A stretch of 64,000 nucleotides of DNA from Scyliorhinus canicula (Eukaryota). Both the position numbers and the translations under genes were made by a program. A model generated the notes under the pieces. That model had not been told where the DNA came from. It saw only the letters and a program-made list of their open reading frames with translations, and ran no database searches. The stretch spans positions 133,448,653-133,512,652 of the forward strand of contig NC_052162.1 of the NCBI RefSeq assembly GCF_902713615.1, in the 5' to 3' direction. Shown here piece by piece: positions 47,831-61,300 of this stretch (within the stretch, counting starts at the first letter, position 1; every line of letters begins with the position of its first letter).

Positions 47831-49645
47831 GGGAACTTTAAATTGAATTAATTGATAAATCAGAAATAAAAATCCTTGTTTCATTCTTAATACTCATGAA
47901 GTTCTCGAAATTTCCCAGAGCTCAGCAGGTTCACCAACATCCTTCAGGAGAGGAAATCTTCTCTCCTTCCCTAGTCTGGCCTATATGTGACGAGTTCAAC
48001 AGTAATGTGGTTGACTCTTTAACTACCTCTGGTATTGCTGAACAAACAAGTTAGTTCAAGGGAAGCTGCTATAGAAAGTCAAATGTGAATTAAATAGTCA
48101 GAAGTGCACCTTATCAAAAAGGTGGTTCACATCCGGCTCCTCAGGATGGACAGTTAATGCTGACTTTGCCAGTGAGGGTCAGATGTCGAGAATGATTAGA
48201 AAACTGTGCAAAGTGTTGCAGATTCCGAAATCTAAAACATAAACAGCGAAAAGATGCTCAGGAGGTCAGTGGGCATCAGCAGAGAGAGAAACAGATTTAC
48301 ATTTCAGGTGGATTACCTCACTGACATAATTCTAACGAGCAGAGCTGCTTTTCCCAGTATCCTCGACCAATGTCCATTCTTCATCTAAAATCACAGATTA
48401 GTTGGTCACCTATCACATGTCAATTTGTGGGGGCTTGCTGTGCGCAAATGCCATGCTCTGTTTCCAACATTGCAGCAGTGACTGAATTCAGCAAAAAATT
48501 ATCAGTAAGTTTTAAGGGCGTTGGGATGACCTGAGGTCGGGTAAAGCATTTTCCAAAAGCAAGCGCTTTCCAAATGTTAACATTTTAAAATGCAGGTTGT
48601 AATATGTTGAAAGATCTGATATTGATGTGACTATCGGCCACTGCTCTGTCTGATGTTTTAATATATCTAGTTTAAATCGGTTAAAATTTTAAGCAAATTG
48701 ACATTCAGTGGAATAACAGCCTGGTTAAAGATGCTTTATTTAATTGAGACATCAGAACTTTCATAATAAATACTTAATTCAACTGTATTCTTTATTTCAA
48801 TTAAGTAACATCTGTTCCAATGGAGGTTTCTATACATTTAAACGGCTGTCAACATTCTTAAAATAAACCGCTATTTCTGCGTTTAAACTAATCAATAAGT
48901 GACTGTGTTTATCTCGTTCTGCTGACATGAACATTTCATTGTGCCAGTGAGGTGTTTATGTAAATAAACACAGAAATAGAAGGCCCAGTTTAAATTGTAG
49001 ACTGACAAAAGCAAAACAACTATCTCCTCACCGACACCGCACAGAAATAGAGATAAAGATGTAAATAGATTAATGGATTCTGGTAGTAATTGATTTTGGA
49101 CATTTATTTCTTCATCAGTTATATGATTAAAAATGTCATCATGGGATCCTTGTTAAGAATGAGGAGAGTTTCCCTTTAATCTCGAAATATTATGACATGC
49201 GGAATATGTTCGCAGTTTGCTGTATCCGATTTCTGTGTCTTTCTCCCAATTGGTTCTGTCTTATGTCTCTCCACAATGGGTCATTGTCTTTATTCGATAA
49301 CATGAAGGCAACTTGATCCCAATATATTCTCTCAGCCCGATCTCACCCCATTGGCTTCCAACTAAATGGATCTAATCCAATGAATTGGAATATGTAGAGG
49401 GGGTTTTATTCTAAAATGTGGTTGGAACATTCAATTACCTTGCAGTTTTTAATGAGAACTGCAGAGAAGGTTTTACTCTGAGCTGCAGAGTGGTGAAGAT
49501 TTGATGTGACAGTGCCGAAGGATCTTTCCCTATATCTAACCAGGCTGACACAGATATATAGTTTCTTGATTAATACGGGGATCAGAGGTTACGGGGAGAA
49601 GACAGGAGATAGGCGATTAGAAACATAACAGTCATGATTGAATGA

Positions 49646-49880
49646 GGAGGGGCAGCACGGTGGCGCATTGGTTCGCACAGCTGCCTCATGGTGCCGAGGT
49701 CGATCCCGGCCCTGGGTCACTGTCCGTGTGGAGTTTGCACATTCTCCCCGTGTTTGCGTGGGTTTCGCCCCCACAACCCAAAAGATGTGCAGGATAGGTG
49801 GATTGGCCACGCTAAATTGCCCCTTCATTGGAAAAAATGAATTGCTGACTCTAAATTTATTTTTAAAAATGATTGAATGA
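49646..49880 (+). mobile_element. V-SINE (HE1-like)
   Basis: Head and core. Confidence 0.85.
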
Positions 49881-50109
49881 GGAACACACTCGATGGGCCT
49901 AATGGTCTAGTTCTGCTCCTGTGTTTTATGGTTTTGTGGTATGAAGACCATCTGTGGACTATCTTAGAATAGATTGGGACTTGATTGCCATCGCTGATAC
50001 TATGGGTGGAAGGGCATCTTTCTGTATTCTAAACCTCTAAGACTCCATGACTCTATGACAAGGCCTAAACGATTATCACTCATACAGGGTGGAGATTAAC
50101 CTAAACTAA

Positions 50110-50395
50110 TCCAATAATCTTTATTGGCACAAGTAGGTTTACATTAACACGGCAATGAAGTTACTGTCAAAAGCTATTAGTTGCAACATTCAGGCGCTTG
50201 TTCGGGTACACAAAGGGAGAATTCAGAAAGTCCAAATTACCTAACAGCCCGTCTTTTCGGGGCATGTGGGAGGAAACCGGAGCACCAGGAGGAAACCCAC
50301 ACAGAACACAGGGAGAATATGCAGACTCCGCACAAACTGTGACACAAGTCGGGAATCAAACCTGGGATCACGATGCTGTGAAGCAACAGTGTTAC
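50110..50395 (-). mobile_element. V-SINE variant
   Basis: Reverse complement of core; absent from duplication copy A. Confidence 0.8.
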
Positions 50396-50984
50396 TGAGA
50401 TTGGATCTAGTGCAGTGATTCCTAATACAGGGTCCACACTAGCATGAACCGAGACAGGTTCTAGTGCAGCGATTACTCAGACAAAGTTTGATTAACCTTA
50501 AATGATATAGGATATAGAGCAGTGATCATTGATTCAGAGTCTGGACTATTATGAACTGAGGCAGCATCTATTACAGTCATTCCTGCTGCAGGGTCTGGAT
50601 GAATATATGTCTGAAGAGTTATTAGGTCAGATGATTAAAAGCTTTGTCGACGACGCAAGTTACATGGGACGATTTTTATTAAGGAAATTGAGGTAAAGAG
50701 GAGTACGGAATGCATACCAGAGCTTAGGGCCGAGACGGATGAAGATATCGCAAAGTGAAACTATTAATTCCGAAGATAGCATTGCGTCTTGATTGATTAC
50801 AGTTGCAAACATTTCGAACAATGTTTTTTATACACACCTGCACGAACGGTCAATACGTTTTTGGAGTGATTTCAATTGCTCTCCTTAACCAGATGAGAGT
50901 TCTATGATTGTCTAGACATTTATACTGTGGGTGCCAATCTGGCGATACTGTGAGACACGGTTCTGTCTAACACTGCAAGTGCAT

Positions 50985-51790
50985 CAGGTTCTGACAATCC
51001 ACTGTGTCTATGCTTCTCATAATTTTGTAGACATTTATCAGGTCGCCGGTCAACCTCCTTTGTTCCAGTGAGGACAAACCAAGTTTATTCAACCTGTCCT
51101 CATAGCTAATGCCCTCCATACCAGGCAACGTCCTGGTAAACCTCTTCTGCACCCTCTCAAAAGCCTCCACATCCTTCTGGTAGTGTGGCGACCAGAATTG
51201 AACACTATACTCCAAGTCTGGCCTAACTAAGTACTATACAGCTGCAACATGACTTGCCAATTTTTAAACTCTATTCTCCGACCAATGAAGGCAAGCATGC
51301 CGTATGCCTCTTGACTGCCTTCTCCACCTGTACTGCCTCTTTCAGTGACCTGTGGATCTGTATACCTAGGTCTCTCTCTGACTGTCAATGCTCTAGAGGG
51401 TTCTACCTTTCACTGTATATTTTCCAATTTATTAGACCTTTCAAAACACATGACCTCACATTTGTCCGGATTAAACTCCATCTGCCATCTCTCCACCCAA
51501 GTCTCCAAATGATCTAAATCCTGCTATGTCCTCTGACAGTCCTCATCGCTATCTGCAATTCCAGCAACCTTTGTGAGAGAGGGTCATTGGACTCGAAACG
51601 TTAGCACTTTTCTCTCCCTACAGATGCTGCCAGACCTGCTGAGATTTTCCAGCATTTTCTCTTTCGCCCCACCAACCTTTGTGTCGTCCGCAAACTTACT
51701 AATCAGACCAGTTACATTTTCCTCCAAATCATTTATATACTGCAAACAGCAAAGGTCCCAGCACTGATACCTGCGGAACATCACGAGTCA
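50985..51790 (-). mobile_element. CR1 RT C-terminal fragment
   Basis: EYSVQFWSPHYQKDVEAFERVQKRFTR..LEQRRLTGDLINVYKIM. Confidence 0.9.
51576..51668 (+). mobile_element. Short hammerhead-like/Penelope-type insertion inside CR1
   Basis: GGGTC-ATTG-GACTC-GAAAC-GTTA; flanked by CCA(G/C)CAACCTTTGTG duplication (51561-51575; 51669-51683). Confidence 0.7.
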
Positions 51791-52768
51791 CAACAAGCAA
51801 ATATATACAATAATTTATAATATCGAGACAGACAACAGGAACATGGTCCAGTGTAATCTAAACAGAGACAGGCCCTGGTGTGATGTAAAGAGACACATTC
51901 CTGTGGAATATAAAATAGGCGGAACTTAATGTAATATAATTCTATGCATGGTCTAGTGTAATATTAATTGAGTGTATCACAAACAGAACAGTGTAGTACA
52001 GACAGGGACAGGGGTTACTTTAATATAAATAAAGACAGGGTCACATTCAACATGAGAAGAAATCGATTTGACGTAATACAGTGACATAGAAAATAGAGCA
52101 GGAGTGGACCATTCTGCCCTTCGAGCCTGCTCCACTATTCGTTATGATCATGGTTGGTCATCCACATCAGTAACCTATTTCCACTTTCCGCCGTATCATT
52201 TGGTTCCTTTAGAGTTTAGATCCCCAAGAGCTTTATCTAGCTCCTCCTTGAAAACATACAATAATTTGGACTCAACTTCGTTCTGTTGTATCGAATTCAC
52301 AGATTCACAAATCTCAGGGTGAAGACATTGCTCCTCATCTCAGTCCTAAATGGTTTACCCCGTATCCTTAGACTGTGACACCTTGTTCTAGCTTTGCCGG
52401 CCATTGGGACCATCCTTTCTGCATCCGCCCTGTCTAGTCCTGTTGCAATTTGATCGCTTTATAATCAGAGCGGAAAATTAATTAATATCTCATTAATCAG
52501 TGTTCTCTGTTTTCTGACCCTTCTTCCAGTGAATTAAGTTTCTTTCTAACTAATCAAACAAAACCATTCCGATTTTGACCTTTTTTACCAGGCCTTCCCA
52601 TAACCTGCTGGGTTATAAGGAAAACAATCCCAGCTTCCAACCGCTCTAACCGTGCAGCTGATGCAGTGAGAAGATCAGGTTGTACATATGTTTCTGCCTT
52701 GCTTGCATTTAGATGCTATTTTTGGAATAACTGATATTTTATATGGAGCCAATGGACTTCCCATTTAC

Positions 52769-52973
52769 AATTATCATTGTGTCCGAATAAGACCAAGACT
52801 AATAAAAGACCAGCCTCTGAAAATTAAATTGACCCAAGTAAGACTGGACCCAGAGTTTGAACTTTAGACACACTGAGCAATATCTCAGAATGTCAAAATA
52901 CAAACCATGATAGGTTAACAGTCTTGTCTCAGTGGAATCCATATCACCACCCACAACAGATACCTGAGCCCAT
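52769..52973 (-). other. Candidate split signal-peptide exons (copy B, open)
   Basis: Exon 52973-52964 ATGGGCTCAG|GT; 48-nt phase-1/1 exon 52816-52769; spliced MGSEAGLLLVLVLFGHNDN. Confidence 0.5.
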
Positions 52974-55324
52974 GATCCAGACCTGTGATCCAATGCAAGA
53001 GGAGTGTATTTTGTTCAGTTGTTCCATCTTTTAGATGTGATGATTTCAGTCTTAGGGGTAGTTTCGCAAGATTATTACAAAACTGGTAACCTGGATGTCT
53101 GAACTAATACTCCAGACACAGGATTCCTCCAGGGCATATTGTAATGCTGTGAACGATTTTGGTCTCCTTATGTAAGGATAGATATTTGGGGACAGTCCTG
53201 AGAAGGCTTTTTAGGTTATTCCCGAGAATGGAGGGATTTTCAAAGGCAGGTAGCATTTCACAGCACAGGAAGAGGCTCTTCGGCCCACCGGTACTCTCTG
53301 TCAGCAAATAATGAAGAATCCGGCCTTGAATCACAGACCTTGCGGTAAACAGCCAAACACGCTGACCAATTGCACCACAGAGACTGACATGAGGAGAGCT
53401 TAAGTAGGTTAGGACTACATGCATTGGAGTTTAGAAGAATGAGAGACGAAGTTACTGAGATTTATAGTTTTCTCAGGGCACTTGACAGTGTAGATATTAA
53501 AGATTGTTTCGGCTTGTGGGAGGGTCTAGGACCATAGGGCACAATCTAAGTGTAAGGTGCCACTCATTTCAGACGCGGATGTGGAGGAATTTCTTCTCTC
53601 AGAAGGTAGTGATTCTCTAGAATTCTTTGCCATAGAGAGTTGGCCTGGTCAATAAATATGTTCAAGGCTCAGACAGACAGATTCTCCATCAGTAAGGGAA
53701 TCAAGGGTTATGGGGAATTATGTGGAAATGTGGAATTGAGGATTTTACCAGATTTGCCACGAACTCATTGAATGGCAGATCAGATTCCATGGGCCGAATG
53801 GCCAATTTCTGATCCTAGATCTTATGGTTTTATGGCAGCTGTAGATACTTTCAATTGAATGACTTAATCAATCAGAAAAATATCGACGTGTCATTTATAA
53901 TACTTATGAAGCTATCGAACTTTCGCAACGCCCAGCAGGTTCAGCAACGTCCTTCAGGAGAAGAAAGCTTCCCTCCTTACTCTGTCTGGCCCATATGTGA
54001 CTCTAGTTCAGCAATGATGTGGTTGACTGTTAACTATCTCTGACATTGCCGAGCAAGCAAGTCAGTTCAACGGAACATGCTACAAAAAGTCAAATGTCAA
54101 TAAAATCGCTCGAAGTGCATCTTATTAAAAAAGTGGTTCACTTCCCGCTTCTCAGGATGGACAGTTAATGCTGACTTTGTCACTGATGGCTATGTGGCGA
54201 GAATGAATCCAGAACTGTGCAAAGTGCTGCAGATTCTGGAAATCTAAAACAAAAGCAACAAAAAAGGCTGCTCAGCAGGTCAGTGAGCATCAGCAGAGAG
54301 AGGAACAGATTCACATTTCGGGTGGATTGCCTCACTGATATAATTCTAAAGAGCAGAGCTGTTTTCCCCATAATCTTGGACCAATGTCCGTTCTTCATCT
54401 AAAATCACAGATTAGCTGGTCGCGTATCCCATCTCCTTTTGTGGGAGCTTGCTGTGCACAAATTCCCTGCTCTGTTTCCAACATTGGAGCAGTGACTAAA
54501 TTCAGCAAAAATACATCAGTGAGTTTTAAGGGCGTTGGGTTGACCTGAGGTCGGGTAAAGCGTTTTCCAAAAGCAAGCTCTTTCCAAATGTGAACATTTT
54601 TAAATGCAGGTTGTAATATGTCGCAAGATCTGAGATTGATGTGACTACAGATCAATCCTCTGCCTGATTTTTCAAGTTATTTACTTTAAAGCGGTTAATA
54701 TTTCAGTCAATTTAACATTCAGTGGAAAAGTAGCTGGTTAAAGATGCATTAATAATTGAGGTATCAGAAATTTCAGAATGAATACTTTATTTAAAGTATG
54801 TTTTATTTCAATTAAGTAACATCTGTTCTAATGGAAGTTTCTATTCATTTAACCAACTGTCAATATTCTTAAAATAAACCGCTATTTTGAGTTGAAACTA
54901 ATCAATAAGTGAATGTGTTTATCTCGTTTTGCTGACATGAACATTTCATTGTGACCAGTGAGGTTTTTATGTAAATAAACTCAGAAATAGAAGTTCCAGA
55001 TTAGATTGCGGACTGAGAAAAGCAAAACAAATGTTTCCCCACCAACACAGCACAGAAATAGAGCCAAAATTGCAAATAGATCAACGGATTCCAGTAGCGT
55101 TTGTTTTTCGACATTTTTTTATTCATCGGTTATATGAGAAAAATGTCATTATGCTATCCATGTTCATAATTAGGAAAGATTCCCTCCAATCTCTAAATAT
55201 AAGGACATGCCAAGTGGGTTAGTAGAATTTTCCTGTATCCTATCTCTCTGTGTGTCTTTCTCATAACTGGTTCTATCTCATGTCTCTCCACGAAGGGTCA
55301 CTGTCTTTAATCGACATGTGGCCA

Positions 55325-55470
55325 GCACTAATAACAATTTACTGTGAAAAGCCCCGAGTCGCTACATTCCGGCGCCTGTTCAGGTAAGCTGGAATGGGAA
55401 TTGAACCCGCGCTGCTGGTCTTGTTCTGCATCACAAACCACTGTCTAGCCCACTGAGCTAAACCAGCCCT
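55325..55470 (-). mobile_element. Short SINE (second family) fragment
   Basis: TTACTGTGAAAAGCCCC.AGTCGC.ACATTCCGGCGCCTGTT. Confidence 0.75.
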
Positions 55471-57399
55471 CTCAGAGCCCTCTCAGCCCGAACTCACCCC
55501 ATTGGCTTCCAACTAAATGGATCGAATCCGATGTATTGGAATCCGTCGAGGGAGTTTTACGCTAAAATGAGGTTGGAGCATTAAATGACCTTGGCGTGTT
55601 TAATGAGAACTGTAGAGACAATTTTCCTCTATATCTGATTTGGGATTCAAATGGTGGTTGAGGATTTGACGTGGCAGGGCCGGAGAATCTTTCCTTGCAC
55701 TTGATCAAGCTGCCGAGACCTTGGAGCATTTGACTGAACAGTGTAGAGCAAGCTTTACTTGCCTGTAACCTGCACTGAACCTGCCCTGTGAGTGTTTGAT
55801 ATGACTCTGCACAGGGAGATTTACTCCGTACCTGAACTGTGCTGCACCTGACCTGGATGAGTTTGATGGGGAAATGCAGAGGTTTCTTTACCTCGTAACT
55901 AACCCCACTGTCAATCTGTCTTGGAGGTCTCTGAAGGATGAGTGCAGAAGAGGTTTTGCGTGGTATCGAACTCTTGGTTTCCAGGCAGTTAATGTGTTTG
56001 AGCGAGTTATGTAGAGGAAATTTAATTACATATCTAAACAATCTGCAGCTGCTCCGAGAATGTTTGATGGGGACAGTGTAAGGGAGTTTCTCTTTGTCTC
56101 CAACCTGTGATGCACCTGTCCTGCGGGTGTTTGAAGGGACAGTCGTCCCTGCCTCTGTATTGCACCAGGCCGTGAGCCCGTCTCTGTTTATATTATACTA
56201 CCTTGTACCTGTGTCAGTTTATATTAAATGAGGACTTATTTCTCTTTGTTCATATTAAACTAGGCCACCAATTAGAGGACATGTCTTCATCAATGAGGCG
56301 TTCAGAAGTTATTGGAAGAAGGCAGGAGAATGGGGATTAGGAACATATTGGCCATGATTTAATGGCGGAGCAGTCTCGATGGGTCGAATGGCCTAATTCT
56401 GCTCCTATATCTAATGGAGTTATGGACCCAGTTTGTCTCTCTTTTCATTAACCTAGAACCTGACTCTGTTTCTATTAATTTAAACGTATCTCTGTATTAC
56501 ATTAGATACAGCTTCAGTTCTGCACTGGACCATATCTCTGTTCATACTACATTGGACTCGGCCTCAGTAATTGCTGCGGTAGACGATGCACAATAATTTG
56601 GAAAGTGGCTGAGGTGGAAATTGTGAAGATTAAAAAACAATCTGAGGGAAAAGTGATAGTCTAAAATTCTTCAGCAACCAATGCTGATCTATGTCCAGAT
56701 AAATGTCATAATCTGTCTTGTCAGCACTCTAGACGCATCTACATACAAGCGCAGACCTCCCTGATCTTCTTGCAGCCACTTCAAATTGTACATCTGAACT
56801 TCTATTGCCTGGGCCTAGTGCAATAAACTAAGCAAATGGAATAGTTGGAATTGTGTAACATAAACAAAGGACCATTAGATAAATAACTGAGACAAAACCT
56901 AATGTTGCAGCAACATTCATTCTCTTCACAGCAGGCACACAGTAGCTGCATTGTGTAACATCGACGGGATGCACTGCAGAAACTCGCCAAGATTTCTTCA
57001 ACAGCACCTTCCATTCCCGAAACCTCCGAGAATCACAAGGGCAACAAGCACATGGGACACAATACTCTGCATCCTCCTACACATACAGCTCTCTGGGGTA
57101 GGAATTGGTCTTGGGTACTGGCAACGAAGAAATGACAACTGAAATCTAATTCTGTCGACTGCACTGAAAATGAATATCAAATGCTGCATAGCACACACTG
57201 TATACACTATACATCCCGTTTCAGGCTGTTGCTATACTGATTTCTTGTCCAAAATATCTATTTATTATATTATCTTTCCATCTCAAAGACATGTGGAATA
57301 ATGCGCCCACAATTCAAACCAGAGGAATTATCTGGTGCATTAATAAAAGTGAGGAGGTCTCGGAAAAAGTAGGCAGATTCAGGATCAAATATAGAATCC

Positions 57400-57690
57400 C
57401 TACAGGGCAGAATGTCACTCGGCCCATAGCACCTGCACCGACCTCTGAATGAACACCTTCCCCAATCCCCTGCCCTTGCAACATGACCTGCGCATCCCTG
57501 GACACTAAGGTGCAATTTAGAATGGCGAATACACTTAACCTACATATTTTTGGATTATGGGACGAAACAGGAGCATCCGGAGGAAAGCCTCTCAGACACA
57601 GGGAGAAAGTGAAAACTCCACACGGATCCTCAAGAATTGAACCCTGGAGCTATGAGGCAGCAGTGTTAACCACTGTGCCACCGTGCCGCC
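57400..57690 (-). mobile_element. V-SINE, diverged
   Basis: Reverse complement of core. Confidence 0.7.
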
Positions 57691-58229
57691 GATAACATAA
57701 TCAGAGACTGGGTCTAGTGCAATATAAACTGAGTTCTGGTCTAGCGGAGTGTCGACTGATCCAAATTGAGACATGATCAATGCAGCAATAAGAGGGATAT
57801 CTTACAGCACAAGAATAACAGGGGCAGGGGCTAGTGTTATATAAACAGGGACATGGACAGGTGTAGAATTAACTAAAGCAGCATTGAGTTTATTAGAATC
57901 TAACTATCTTGTCGAGTAATAACTGAGACCGAACCACATGATGCAAACAGAATGTTGTTCCAGTTTACGATGCACAGATAAACGTCCTGATGCTGTAACC
58001 ATTGTGACGTGTTTCGTGCCAGGCTAACTGAGACATGATTCCGTGCAGTTATTATTAATGATTTGTAATATAAACAAGGCGTGGGTCTGTATATTAACAA
58101 CTGATATTCAGCCGAGTGCAGGAAAACTGAGACATTACCTGTTGCAATGTGATAGAGACATGGCCGAGTGTAATGTAAACAGAGGCGGGGGTTAGGTGAA
58201 TGTAAGCTGAGAGATATGTTTAAAATGAT

Positions 58230-59640
58230 TTAATGGCATCTTGGTGTCACCAGTAACGTCAGCATTTGATGCCAATTCCTAATTGCCCTTGGGAATGTGG
58301 TGTTGAGCCCGCATATTGAACCATTGCATTCCATACTGAGTAAGTCCACCCACAGAGCTGATAGGAAGGGAGTTTCAGGATTTTGACCAGTGACAGTAAA
58401 GAGATATAGTTCCCATCTTCTGCACTGTAAATTCTATGATATATATGAAGATAGTGTGAGGCTTGTCGGGGAACTTGCAGGTCTTGCTGTTACAATGCGT
58501 CTGTTGGGCCTGGTCCTTTTAAATGTCTGAGTTTGTGGGTTTGGAAGGTGGTATAGAAGGAGGCAGTTGCTGCAGTCGATCCTTGTATATCGTTCACGCT
58601 GCTAGAATTGTACACCCGTGATGCAGGGAGTGAATGTTTCAGCTGGTGGATGGGGTGTTCCCCGAGTCGGCCGCTTTGTCCTGGATGGCGCTGAGATTCT
58701 CGAGTGTTGCTTGAGGGGCGCACTTCAGACAAATGGAGAATATTCAGTTAAACTCCTGACTTCTGCCTTCTAGATGATGAGTAGGGGTTGGGAAGACAGG
58801 AGGTGAGTAACTCACCGTAAAATCTCCAACCACTGACCTGCTCTTGTAGCCACATTATTTAAATGGTTCTTCCAGTTCAGTTTTTCATCAATGCTAATGA
58901 TGGTGGGGGATTCAATCAATGTAGAGTCATTTAAAATCAAGGGGAGTTGGTTAGCATCTCCCTTTTGCCTGACCATCCCAAGCCTGAATGTTGTCCAAGT
59001 CTTACTGTAAATGAAGACAGACTGCTTCAGTATTTGAGGAATCGAATATGGTGCAGAACATTGGGTAATCATCAACGAACATCCCCACTTCTGACCTTAT
59101 GATGAAGTGTGAAGCTAGGGCCGGGGGCACTATGCTAGGACACTATACGTGACAGGATGCTCCTTGACACTTTTCATGAAGTTGCTGATGATCGAATGCG
59201 GACTGATGGGCCAATAATTGGCCGGGTTGGATTTTTCCTGCCTTATGTGGACGGGTCATGTTTGGCAATGTTACACATTGTTGGGTACATGTCAGTGCTG
59301 TACCTGCACTGGAGCAACTTGTCTGGGGCGCAGCCAGTTCCAGGCCACACATCTTCAGTATAGCTGCCAGAATGTTGCCAGGGATAACGCATTAGCAGCG
59401 CCGTCAGCCGTTTCTTGGTATCGTGTGGAGTGAATGAAATTTACTGAAGACTGACATCCATGATGATGCAGAGCACCGGAGGAGGCCGAGATGGATCATC
59501 CTCTCGGCACCTCTGGCAGAAACTTTCAGTCTTGTTTTTTTGCACTGACGTGCTGGGCTCCCGCATCATTGAAGAGGGGAATTTTATTGAGGCTCCTATT
59601 CCGGCCTTTTGTTTATTTATTCATTACTATTCAGGACTGG
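58230..59640 (-). mobile_element. Old LINE (L2/CR1-like) RT remnant
   Basis: IDEKLNWKNHLNNVATRAGQWLEILR remnant. Confidence 0.7.
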
Positions 59641-59644
59641 ATGT

Positions 59645-59990
59645 GGCAACACGGTAGCATGGTGGTTAGCATAAATGCTTCACAGCTCCAGTGTCCCAGG
59701 TTCGATTCCCGGCTGGGCCACTGTCTGTGCGGAGTCTGCACGTCCTCCCCGTGTGTGCGTGGGTTTCCTCCGGGTGCTCCGGTTTCCTCCCACAATCCAA
59801 AGATGTGCGGGTTAGGTGGATTGGCCATGCTAAATTGCCCGTAGTGTCCTAAAAAGTAAGGTTAAAGGGGGGGGGGGGGGTTATTGGGTTACGGGTATAG
59901 GGTGCATACGTGGGTTTGAGTAGGGTGATCATGGCTCGGCACAACATCGAGGGCCGAAGGGCCTGTTCTGTGCTGTACTGTTCTATGTTC
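59645..59990 (+). mobile_element. Young V-SINE
   Basis: Head, core and TTCTATG tail. Confidence 0.9.
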
Positions 59991-61300
59991 TAAAACTGCA
60001 GAGACAGATCCTGCATATTGAAAATAGGATCACATTGATTGTGTGATATAAACATTGACAAGTACTGGTGCAGTATTAATTGAAACAGAGTGTCATGTAT
60101 TATAAACAAAGACAGAGTCTAGTCTAACAAAAATACAGATGGAGTCCAATTTAAAATTAGCAGAGGCAGCTGTAATTATTGAGACAATGTCTGCTTCATG
60201 TAATGCAAGACATCTCGATTTAAATTCCATCTGCTGGCCAAACTTTGCAATTGCAGTGACTGTGAAAATGTCGCTGTCAGGTATAATCCATGATGTTGAT
60301 GTGTCCATAATCCATCTGCACAAATGTAATATCACATCGCCTTCTACGGGAGGTGCCAAATTTTAAGGTGTAACTAATTGCAGGTGTCGCTGGCTGATTC
60401 TCCCACATTGAGTTCAGCACAAGAGCAAAGTGGCTCAATTCCTGGTCACGCGTTTTTGTTCATCTTTGTTAAATAGAGGAATGTTTACCTGGGCGTTGTG
60501 TGGAGTCCATGCGAAATGTAACATTCATCTAACAAGCATAGTGTTGGGCAGAGTTTATTGATTCATTATACCACTAGGAAGATGGTTGGGGCCATTGTCG
60601 CCGGAGCCTCCCAGGAAGTTAACATGGGATTTTAATTTTAAAGGGGAAATATGGGTGTGCGTGCAAGACAGAGAGAATAGGTGTGTGAGAGGCTGTGTGT
60701 GTGTGTGGGGGGGGGGGGGGGGGGGGTGTTTGTGTGAAACACATGTTGCGTACAACTAAATTTCACAAAGGCCACGGCATCCTTCTATTTCCAATAGATA
60801 CACAGCAAATATTTCCACAAATGTAGCACATGAAGCTCCCAGTTGTCGTTCTGGGTTGCCATTTTCTCGGTTTGTGTCCATTTCAAACCTGCTAAATCCA
60901 CTGGTCCTGGTGTCTCACACCAGCCCACCGGAGGTGTCGCCATTTTTTTTCAATTTGCAGATGGTGACACCCGATTGTGATGATCAATGTTTAGGTTTCG
61001 GGCATTATGTCACACTTGGAAAAATCCTTGAAGCGGGATATCGGCCTTCCGCTGGGTCGTATCTGCTTTCTCCATGACAGCATCATATTCTACATCAAGG
61101 CAGTCTCTCACCATGGAATCTCGAGAGGAGAATCTGCTCACCGGCTCTTATTTAGTGTGACCATGGCGAGAGTGCAACACCTTGTCCCACTGCCATGCGT
61201 ATGTTAAGGAAGAACAAGTTACAGGCACCGAGGACAGATTCCATGAGTCTCTGTAGGTGATGTTTTGTTTGGATGATCCAACTTTCAGCGTAAAAAGTTT

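Larger units (their letters stand above)
39895..56420. repeat. Old tandem segmental duplication: copy A about 39895-49940, copy B about 49940-56420
   Basis: Collinear diverged blocks (40300-40640/50640-50990; 41590-41880/52430-52720; 47060-49640/53080-56420); different L1, SINE and CR1 insertions in each copy. Confidence 0.88.

Noticed and set aside
56680-56770. Leader-like MLIYVQINVIICLVSTLDA
   Set aside because: No splice donor, stop soon after, and no downstream domain found.
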